Shown here: piece after piece, positions 54,268-64,000 of the stretch
Position numbering within the stretch: position 1 is the first letter of the stretch
How the letters are laid out: the number at the start of each line of letters is the position of its first letter
Assembly (NCBI GenBank): GCA_003971905.1
Contig: RSEE01000035.1
Location: 558,001 to 622,000, forward strand
Direction: 5' to 3'
DNA from: Moniliella sp. 'wahieum'
Taxonomy: Eukaryota
DNA length: 64,000 bases
Translations under genes and position numbers: made by a program
Notes under the pieces: model-generated
What the model was told of the DNA's origin: nothing
Seen by the model: only the letters and a program-made list of their open reading frames with translations
The model's database searches: none

Positions 54268-56572
54268 TTAGACCTCCACCTGGGATTGGGCCAACAAGGC
54301 CCGCTTTTGGTCCCGTACCTTCTTGGCCAAACGGGCAGCGGCCTCCAGAGGTGCCTCGGACGCGTCCTGGACAAAGTCCATCTTGGACATATTGTTGCGC
54401 AGCAACTGTGCCGGAGCAAGTCCAGCTTGGCCCGGCGCGTCTCGAGCCAAGTCCGCTGCGCGTCAATCTATCCGCCAACGTTTTCAGCGTGGCTTCACCC
54501 TTAGTCTTGTGACCCTTGGCCTTGCCAGTCTTGGCCGCGTTGGCAGCGCGCAGCTTGCGCCGCAGCTGGATCACCACCGGCGTCGTCATCTCGGGAAGGC
54601 GAGGCTGCGGGATTGGGTAGCAAGGAACTGGAGCAGAAGGAAGGACACTCGTCGGCAATCAAATCGGCATAGATGGATGTCCGGACAAAGTTGACGGGCA
54701 CGCGCAGCTGACTGTCCAGTTCCAGCTCCGAAAGCGACGCCCCTTGGTCTTGCGGGTAAACTCGGGGGCATCGAGCATCTCAAGAAGGTAGGGAGCAAGC
54801 GGGATGTAGATCCCCGTCCGCTGCACCAGACGGAGCATAGCACGAATCAGATGGAACCGAAGCGGGAAGTAGCGCGAGATGGGAATCAGGCGCATCGCAC
54901 CCAACGCTACCTGAACCAAAGGGTAAATGAGCGGTTCCATGTTGCTGGCAGTGATATCGCCGTTGGGAAAGACGGATTGGTCGCAGGTCAAGGAAAGAAC
55001 CGAGGCCCAGAAGTCAATGCCGTGGACAAACTGCCAGTTGTACACATTTTGGTACGACTCTTTGCTTTTGGTCTGAAGCGCATTGCGAAGCAGGATGGCG
55101 AGCTGACGGATAAATCCAAAGGCCTGTTGGTACGAGGCGGAGGGTCGATGCGGAAGAGCTCGGCAGCCGAGTTCTTCATCAGGTTGATCTGCGGCAGATT
55201 GTGGATGGAAGTGCGCTTGGACACCTTGAGCAGCGTGTGGTACACGCTCCGCAGGACCAAATCCCTCACTTCGCCTTCCCCAGCCGCCACAACCGCGCGC
55301 AGGGCCAAGAAGGCCGACACCCGCGTCCGGTCTCCGGCACTGGCCCAGACCGAGATGAGCATGCGGACGTAAGCCTTGACCACTTGGTTGCTCGGGTGTG
55401 CAACAATGTAGGGCACCAGCTTGATGCTCTGGTCCACCACGAACCGGAGCAGCGCGCCCGAATCCCTCTCCTCATCTTCATCCTCCTCGTCTGCCCGACC
55501 GTTGGGGAGGGTTTGGGCAAGGGCGGCAAGGTTGTTGACCAGCGACTTCACCGGTTGCTGGATTTGACGCGTCTTGGCGTTTTGGGTGAGCCGGAAACGG
55601 AACAAACCATCGGCCTCGGCACTGCCAGGGAGCGGGAAGGCCTTGAAGGGGACGTAGTGCTTCAGCACCAGCGGCACATACGACATGGTTGTCTGAACAA
55701 CCTTCTCAAATACCCGAGGGTTGTTCACGACAAAAATATTGCGGGCATCCTCTTCGGCCATGCGCTGTTGCCGCCGCGCAATCGCTTCTCGCTTGGCGGA
55801 ACCGCTGCGCTCCAGCGCCGACTCAAGGTTCATGTCGTTGGTCCCATCATCGCCCGTGCGACTGGCAGCACGGAAGGCAGAAGGAGCAGCCGGAGCGAAC
55901 GTAGCGAACGCGATTGGATGATGGCCGCTTGCCAGGTTCGCAGCTGGGCCATGGTCACCACATCCTTGGCCCGTTGTTCCTCCTCATCCTCCATCTCCTC
56001 GTCAGAGCTGGCCTCGTTCTGCGCAGGCTGGGCGGTCTCTGCATCCGGGTCAAACTCGAGCAGGTCCGCATCGTTTTTCTGAAGATACTTGAAGAACTCG
56101 GGATCTTTTTGCTCCAGAGCAGCCAGCTCTTCCTTCAGATCACCCTCTTCGTCTGTCCGAGAACAATTAGGTGGGGCATGTTAGTACTGCTTCGTGAGGA
56201 CCAAGCTTTACCAGAAAAAATGACACCACATACCCGACGCCTCTTCCAGTTCCTCCATCTCACCATCATCGTCATCGTCCTCGTCCTCGTCCTCCGAGTC
56301 GGAAGCCAGGTCCTGGTTCAAAAAATCATCCACACTCATCCCAGCAAACTTGTTCTCTCCGTCCGCTGGCACATCCGCGTCTTCAGCCACAGCCTCCTCG
56401 TCGCTGTCGCCGTCCAGACCGGTAGAGCGGGATGCTGACGCAGCGGACCGCGCCCCTTCTTCTGGTTGCGCTGCTGCAGAATTTTCTTGGTGCGCTGCTG
56501 TTTCTTGCGCCCCTCGATCGCGCTGTCGAGTTTCTTGTGGGCAAACTTCTTGGTGCGCTTGCTTACGGCCAT
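54268..56572 (-). CDS. NOC2: Nucleolar complex protein 2; intron 56153-56233; frameshifts
   Basis: MAVSKRTKKF, KDPEFFKYLQKNDADLL, INLMKNSAAELF, YNWQFVHGIDFW, PLIYPLVQV, YFPLRFHLIR and SLAFPE. Confidence 0.93.
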
Positions 56573-57035
56573 GGTGCGAACGTTTCCCTGGAGAAGCGGG
56601 GGGCCGGGGTGGGGTGTGGCCGGAAGGTGTGCACAGTGTGTGGTAGCAACCAGCCAACTTGCCCTCCGCCGCGCCCAGCTTGGTCTGCTCGCAATTTGCA
56701 AACCAACCAATCAAAAAAAAAGTGGGGGGCGGAACAAAATTGCAGGGTCTGGGCACCTTTGTTCCGCTCGGCGCTTACCTTCACGTTTCAACTTTCCCAG
56801 TGGCCAGCCGCTCAGCGGCATCAGGCCTCAGGACGCAGTTCCCCGGAAGCACTGGGGGCTCTCCATTGTCATTGTCGTAGGGGCTGCGCGGCCAGGTCTC
56901 ATATCCCAATAGAATAAAATCGGCTGAAATGGCTGCACTTTTTACCTCAGCTGCCCCGTGACACGTTCCCAGCCACCCGCAGCCAGAGTATCGGTGATAT
57001 TATTTGCCCTCTCCAGCGTGGAACGGTGGACCGGG

Positions 57036-57170
57036 GGACCGGTGGCTACGGTGGCGAAGGGGGAACGGTGGCTAAGGTGGCGAAGGAGGAACGGTGGCTA
57101 AGGTGGCGAAGGAGGAACGGTGGCTACGGTGGCGATGGTGGACTGGGGGAACGGTGGCTAAGGTGGCGAC
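57036..57170 (+). repeat. 26-bp tandem minisatellite GGAACGGTGGCTA(A/C)GGTGGCGAAGGA
   Basis: Units begin at 57036, 57062, 57088 and 57114, with partial copies at 57020 and 57148. Confidence 0.9.
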
Positions 57171-57645
57171 ACAGCAGACCGGGCCGTAGGCCCGGTGGTC
57201 TTCTCGTATCTCATAACCCTGTTCCTTCAACTTCACACCATGTACTCTGCTCTTGCTTCGTATATCGCCCTGTGTCAGATTTGGAGGGGGGTGGCCACGA
57301 GATACTGAGATGATGGCGACGCCCTCTTAAATGGGTTACGAAGAATGCTGCATTAGCGAGTCATGTGGGCAAGTGTTGTTTTCCGTCTTCGTCTATCATT
57401 CTCAAGTTCTTTTGTGGACATGATATGGATACAGGGATATTCACTCAATACTAAAAAGGTAAATGGACTCGCATTCGCATTCGCATTCGCATCCACAAGT
57501 CCACAGTTCAGACCAGCTGAAGCAAAAATAGATTGGAGGGTGACTTGCACTGTCCCAAGAAAATAAGGCAGAAAAAAGAGAAAATAGGCAGAAGGAAAGT
57601 GATGCTGGCGCAGCCAGCGTCCCTATAGAGAGGGGGAAGAAAGCA

Positions 57646-58939
57646 TCAAGCCTCCATAACCCCGCGACGAATGGAGCGGGCTTGACGTTGGAGCCCTTTG
57701 ATGGCACGTATCACGTTCCGTTTCGATGCAGTCACCTTGGTTACCCATGAAAGATACGCGCTGCCGGTCGGGGTGAGTGAAGCCACTCGGCGCCCGTGTA
57801 AGCCGTGGTGAGGTACGAATGGGGTCCGTTGTACGCATCCGACAATGCATACCCGATGACGCGTTCGTCCGCCTCAAAGATCTGTGTCGCCTCTTGGATA
57901 AAAGCGGTGGTACGCGCTTGGTCACAGTACCTTCATTAGGGTCGTTGTAGCGAAAATGTCAGCATCTAACTCCGGTCTCTTTTGCTAGGCCACATGCCAA
58001 AATAAGAAGATGGACGAACTTAGTGGGGGCGTCACGGTAGTCAATGCAAGCAAACTCGGTGATCATCATTGGCTTGCCATATTGCGCGTAGTGATTCAGA
58101 TCTTTGCGGAGCAACTTGGTGTTGTTGACAAAGACATGGACAGCAATTATGTCCGGCTGGGTCTGGACTGCGGACAAAACGGTTTCATCCACGTCTCGTC
58201 GGATTGCTTGGCACACGAAGGCGAAATGAGCTTCGCACCCGCATGGCCATGCGGGCGATGTACTTGTCCCACGCCGCAGCAGCCTCCTGTGGATCAATCA
58301 ACCCGCTCGACCCATCTCCTGCAAAGTCTGGCTCATTGAACCCTGCGACATACTTAGCTGCCGGCTTGGGCAGTTGCTTGAATTGCTCCAAGCGCGGCTT
58401 GTCCTTTGGATCACTTGTCTTGCCCAACCCCCAGAGCATGGGAATGCGCTGCAAATTATCAGCGTGGGTGTTGTTGGGGGTCGGGGACCAATCGTAGTAC
58501 CAGCCCAGGTGTTCCGCCAACCACGGCAGCGCGTCGCCACCGGCCACACCAGCCTTTACACCATTGGGGATCAGTTTGTTTCCGAGGAGGGGCAGGGGGT
58601 GTACTGGGCGAAGGAGCCGCCGAGGAGTGGGTGTGAAGGGGGTGGTGATGGTGACTGTGGCTGTGGTGGTGATGATGGTGATGGTGACTGTGGCTGTGGT
58701 GGTGTGATGGTGATGATGGCGGCTGTGGCTGTGGTGATGGTGGTGGGGGTGATGGTGGTGGGGGTGGATGGCTGCCGCGGTCGACACAGCGCTAGGCCGG
58801 GCTGCTGTGCAAGAACTAGAGAGGAAGAGGACTTGGTGCGGAGACATTCGCTGTTCTTGTTGCGGGCTTCCGTGCTGACGGTCAGCGTCAGGACAAGAAG
58901 GAGGAGGGTGAGGAGCGGGAGCTTGGCGAGTGGGCTCAT
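57646..58939 (-). CDS. Secreted GH128 (Asl1-like) beta-1,3-glucanase-family protein; intron 57931-58019; frameshifts
   Basis: Signal peptide MSPLAKLPLLTLLLLVLTLTVSTEA, T/P/S-rich linker, then GWYYDW, IPMLWG, GFNEPD (acid/base), AVHVF and YGKPMMITEFA (nucleophile). Confidence 0.88.
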
Positions 58940-61212
58940 GGCGACAGCTGGGGGGAGTTGGGTGCGGGGGGGAGAGTAAAGACGGTAGGGCAAAAGAGAC
59001 AGAGAAGACGTAAGGCCAGCTTCCGTCTTGGAGTAGTGGATAATAGGAGGGGGAGGGGGCGGGAAGGCGAGAGGAGGTGGAGGAGAGGTGGTGGGGTGTT
59101 GGATTAGGGGAGAGGGGTTGGTCTATAGTCAAGGAGCGCAAGCTGCTAACCATTTGTGTTACTACTTCTCAATTGAGTGACTATAGGCAAAGTACACACG
59201 CCGGGACTCGTGTGCTTTCAGAGACTACGTCTGGGACTGCCCCTCTGCCCCAGAACGATCGGCGATGGTGGATGATGCATGATGAATGTTGCTGCTGGTG
59301 AAGATCAGGTATCGGCTGCGATGAACCTCGCAGGCTGAACTTGGCGGGGTGCGCTTGCAGACAACCCCATGGGATTCCGCATGTGTGCGCTCCACACATG
59401 ATCATGGCTGTCTGGTGGGGCTGGGAAACAGGTGGGCGCAGAGCCAGTGCGCGGGCATCGGCCTATCATGTGCTGGCGTGTGGAGACTTAGGGGTGCTCA
59501 CTGCCCCCGTGCAGAGGGGAATTTGCCCCACACTGTGCTGTGGCGCGTTATGCGCCCTCTCCTGTGCGTTCCTTCTTTGTGCGCCCTTTTGGTTGTCATG
59601 CATCATGTCTCCATGTCATGAGCACCCACATCACCAGCATCACCAGTATGCTCTTATCCACTTCCTCCGCGTCTGATACATGACATCAGGGCTTCACAGA
59701 TCTATAGTAGGACTAGAGAACCACAAGGCGAATACGGCCCCCAGACTGGGCGTACTTTACATTTGATGCTTTTTTACCGTGTGTTTGTGTGTATTGAAGG
59801 TTCCGGGCTTGGGCTACCACTACACTACTTGTGGCTTCATAGAAAGCGTTTGTGGCAGTCAGTAGCAAGAAAGCGTACCAGGCTGAAGCAGGAACGCGCG
59901 ACTGGTATGGCACCCAGACAAGCAGGTAACCGAGAAAAGCGGTGCAGCCTCAAAAGCATTTTGTCGTTGTTGATCTGCCATGTGATGAAGATCGAGGCTC
60001 GGGTTGTCGACGGATGGCAGCCCCTGATTCTCGGCTGCTGCTCCGTCTGGGAGCCCCGCCTATAGTGCTTACTGTTCCATCTGGGATGTCCGCCTAGTGC
60101 TTCTTCTTGGCCATCAGGAGGGGACACCGTTTAGTCACACCGTTGCGCGTCGTCCCGATCGGAACCACCGTTCCATGGCCCAGCGCTGATAGATAACCGT
60201 GTCTGCCTTTCGCAACCGTTTCTTCGGCCATCGTTCCATTACCCAATCGTGATCGTGAACCGCAGCCACCATTCCATCGTCCATGCTCCTGATGGGCCAC
60301 CGTAGGCACTGCCCCGCGTCGTTTCAGCCGTAGCCACCGTTCCACTGTCCACCTTGATCCTTTACCGCTCGATCTGTCGCCACCCGTCCACCGTGTGGGA
60401 GTTGCGACCACAGCTACCTAAGCGGAGGGGCTGCACATGTGGCAAGGCTGAGTACGCACCGGCTTGGGCCGTAGTAACGTGTCTGAAGTCTCTGGGTCTT
60501 AGGGACAGGTGGAGAGGTAGTGGAGGACGAACACTGCCAGAGCTCGGGATGAAGAGGAGCAGCTGATGACGTGGCTGTGAAGGAATCTGCGCGATAAGCT
60601 GGTATGGTACGGGGACTCGACGCGGCTTATTAAGGAAGACTCGCGCGACTGGGCGGATGCAGAAAGCTGTGGGAGACGAGGTGTGGAAAGACGAGAGGAG
60701 GCAACTTAATGAAGACAAGGTTGACTGTACTGAACCAATTGGCTGGAATCGGGCAGGAGTTGAACAGGAAAGGCGGGAGGGGACGTGAAATGGAAGATGG
60801 TGAAAGATCTCCCCACACCAACCAGGGGGACCCGGTACCGGTTAGATCCGAAAAGGGATGAAAAGAGACGCAATGTGGGGGTGCAGAAAGGAAGATATGA
60901 CAAAAGAGGGGTTGGCTGCCGCAGGCGCAACGGAGAAGGATAAAGTAAGAGGTGACGCGGGGACAGTCGTCGCAAAGATGCCGGAAACTTGGTGGTGTCA
61001 TTTAGGCCAACCGACTTCGACTTAAGCGGGGGGCGACTCTTGAAGCTTGACATGTGACACGTGGATGCGTGGCCGCTCGGGCCACCGTACATGGTTTAAC
61101 GTTTAACGTTTAACCGACCACCTCGGAGCAACGTACTCGCGTACTCAGCCTTTTTGAACATTGTTAAGCGCTGGGAACCGACGTCCAGCCCTCTTCGATA
61201 ATTGATCTCGGC

Positions 61213-64000
61213 TTGTTTCGCAGATCAGATCGATCAACGTCAACCGTCTCGACCATCGAACGGTCGAGCAAACCATTCATGTCGAGCACCATGGAGGGCG
61301 CTGCTTCTGCCGATAAGCTTGTCCAGGCTGTGGTGCGTGCCGTCCTGCGTGCATGTGTGAATGGGGCTGACAGGAAGGTGCCTTTGCCCCCCCAGAACGA
61401 CTTGGAGCACCATGTCCGTTCGGCCCTGCGCGAGTTGGACCCGGGTTCACCGTTGTCTCAAGTGATGCCTGCTGTCGCCACACGCGTGGTGACCTCGTCT
61501 CTGGTTAAGAACGGCTTGCTTCCGGTCCGGCGGCGATGGCTGCTCAGCTCGGGGTCTGCAGTGGGGCGTGGGATCCATCCACTGTCCGAGCCTACCCGCT
61601 CTTGGCTCTCGGCCGTTTCCAACCACAGGGCGATCTGGCCAAAGCGCATCTCGCCCTCTGCGGCCACATGTTCCCTGCCCCACCGACGTGCGATGGAGAG
61701 GAACGCAATACCAGGCTTCGTCCTCTTCTGGGTGCTGCGCCCGTCCAAGACGCTGTTTCCCATGGTGTCCACTCCATTCTTCAGTTGCTGCGTTCGGCTG
61801 ACTCAGACTTGCACACAGCGGTCACGCCTGACCGGCCTGACTCTTCCCCGTCTCCCGTTCCCGGGGATGGCTCGTCATCCGCGGAACAATCTCCACCCCT
61901 ATAATGATTCTACCCACCTTTCAAATATACCCCTCTGCCCTTCCGATGTTTCCGTTCACCACTCCGAGGATCTGCAGGCTAACGGTGATGCCCAGCAACG
62001 GCTGCACGAACTTCAGCAAGGGAGCATGCCCGTGGACGAGTATGCGCGCAAGTTCATGGACCTCCTATTTGATGTAGAGGCCTATCGCGACAGTCCCGAA
62101 ATGGCGATGACCCTGTTCACGCGCGGTCTTTCCCCGGAATTGCGCCAAGCCTACTTTTATGTGACCGACTTTTCAATTCAAGTCCCTGGATGAACTAGTC
62201 GAGTGGGCGGTTCGGGCAGAGTCATCGCAGGACGTCCTTCCCGCGACGGATGATCGCCCAGTAGATGTGCGCGAGGCTTCTCCTGCTGGCTCCATTTTGT
62301 CACCGAGCTATGAAGCCGGCGTGACATCCGATGACGGATCCGACCCGCCAGACTTGGATGGAGCAGGACTCCTTGAACGCATTGACAGGCGTCATCTCCC
62401 CATCAGCAATGAAGAATACGTACGCCGACGTGGATTCAATTTGTGCATGCGCTGCGGGAAATCTGGTCACTGGCGTAACGACTGTCCTCTGCGACTAGTC
62501 GAGTGGGCGGATCGGGGAGAGTCATCGCAGCACGTCTTTCCCGCGATCAATAATCGCTCAGTAGATGTGCGTGAGGCTTCTCCTGGCTCCGTTTTGTCAC
62601 CGAGCTATGAAGCCTGCGTATCTTCCGATGACGGGTCCGACCCGACAGACCAAGACGGAGCAGGACGCCGTCGTCGCATTAGCAGGCGTTATGGCCCCAT
62701 CAGCAATGAAGAGTACGCCCGCCGACGTGGATTCAATTTGTGCATGCGCTGCGGGGAATCTGGTCACTGGCGTGACACCTGTCCTCTGCACCAACAAAGT
62801 GGTTTGCGGCGTGGGCGGCGAAACAGTGGGTTTCCGTCTTGAAGAAGGTCGGGCCAGTGGAGCAGCCAGGGCTACTCATCCTAGGGCGGATCGGGTCAGG
62901 CGCGCCATTAAGGGCATGCGCCCCAAAAGGCGTCTAATTATCGGGGTAAGCACCGCACTGTGGATGCGTATCGGGTCCACCTACTTCGTCCTGATGGTCG
63001 ATACGTTTGTCAAATCGCCCAGAGTCACCACCCCCACCGCCCCTGTGGCCTAATGCACCCATTGCACGTTTCTTCTTGTCCCTGGTCCAGTTTCAGTATG
63101 GATCACTTCGTGCCCCTACCGGAAAGAGGGATTGGAACTTGGGTGGGGCGAGGTGCTCGACATGATGTGGATGATGGTCGACCGGCAGTCCAAGATGTGT
63201 TTATCCCGTGCAGCCCGAGGGATACTGCGACTCCCTTGTTTGAGCCGCTGACGCAGAAAGTCTTCTATGTGTTGGACCTGCTTACCGAGCGACCGAGGAC
63301 CTCTGTTCACCTTCGTCCAGATGAGTGGCTTCTGTGACTGGCATTTCATCTGTCAACGTTTGACCACTACCCAGCATCCCTATGCCGGACGGGCAGTCTG
63401 TGCGGTTTGTCGATTTGATCAAGATCTATATCTGCACCATTTCACCAATTGCACGCAGTCCGATTAGCCACTTCTTCCATGCGGCTTCCTTTGCTCTCAC
63501 CACCTCCAGTTCCACTTTCAGTATCCATGTTCGACATCATATATGGATCCCAGTTCTTCAAACCGGGAGACCGCATGGAGACTGCACTTACGCCAGAGAA
63601 GGAGCATCACTTGGTCCGAATCAAGGCGACCAGCTCGGCCATGGAGTCTTTGGAGCAGATCCGCCTGGAGCGTTACACGAATCGTATGCTTGGCAATGTT
63701 CTCCTCTTGGATGAGGGAGATTAGGTAGTGGTCGACAAGGGGAGGGCACCTTTCACTCGGGCAAAAGTGACTCTTTGGGGATTGAAGTGCTTGGGCCCTT
63801 TCAAGGTTAAGTTGAAGGTGCATGAGGTGTCTTTTCTCATTGATCTTCCTCCCTGCATTCGAATCCATCCCATATAAGTGTCTCTGCCTTCGAATAGTAC
63901 CGTTTCAACGCGGTTCTCGACGCGGTTCCGTTTGAGTGGTGAGCCAGTACCTCCTCCGTCCACGGTTGAGCGAGGAGAGTAGTCCTGGCTGTTTTATCGG
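61213..64000 (+). mobile_element. Degenerate, internally deleted Ty3/gypsy LTR retrotransposon (gag plus integrase remnants; no PR/RT/RNase H seen); boundaries uncertain
   Basis: Gag LQQGSMPVDEYARKF...FTRGLSPELR, two CCHC knuckles (CMRCGKSGHWRNDC, CMRCGESGHWRDTC), then integrase-like remnants PCGLMHPL...PWSSFSMDH, SDRGPLFT and GPFKV with many stops and frameshifts. Confidence 0.88.
62194..62790 (+). repeat. Diverged 300-bp direct tandem duplication within gag
   Basis: Units start ACTAGTCGAGTGGGCGG at 62194 and 62494; each ends with a zinc knuckle. Confidence 0.92.

Noticed and set aside
57036..57170. CRISPR-like array
   Set aside because: Units abut with no unique spacers, there are no cas genes, and the context is eukaryotic.
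58640..58770. Poly-histidine metal-binding tract in GH128
   Set aside because: The His-rich reading is an alternative frame; the frame continuing from the signal peptide gives a T/P/S-rich linker.

Overview
GC-rich, gene-dense eukaryotic DNA with short GT-AG introns (CTRAC branch points), most consistent with a basidiomycete yeast or smut-type fungus (inference from protein similarity). About 22 protein-coding genes are recognisable: a coiled-coil protein, a QxxHH elongase, CCT2, an Shb17-like phosphatase/thymidylate synthase fusion, an Lsb5-like VHS/GAT protein, a bZIP, a PalI/Sur7 protein, SSS1, an LRR-RhoGEF, MED21, an epoxide hydrolase, a 73-aa microexon protein, MRPL8, RPS3, a Pho84-like transporter, a Pho4-like bHLH, SNF8, a Gyp7-like TBC protein, NOC2 and a GH128 glucanase, among others. 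The window also holds an intron-containing tRNA-Val(AAC), a decayed aspartate kinase pseudogene and an internally deleted Ty3/gypsy element at the right end. Most genes, including essential ones, carry 1-2 nt frameshifts best explained as assembly indel errors, so many gene ends are approximate. Most notable observations: (1) the in-frame fusion of a sedoheptulose-bisphosphatase-like domain to thymidylate synthase; (2) a Pho4-like regulator directly upstream of a Pho84-like transporter with a GCACGTGGG site between them; (3) inverted GGAACGGTGG repeat clusters bracketing the GH128 gene; (4) recurrent intergenic 7-bp repeats made of a 6-bp palindrome plus one base; (5) the aspartate kinase pseudogene. 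All family calls come from recalled motifs, not from database searches.
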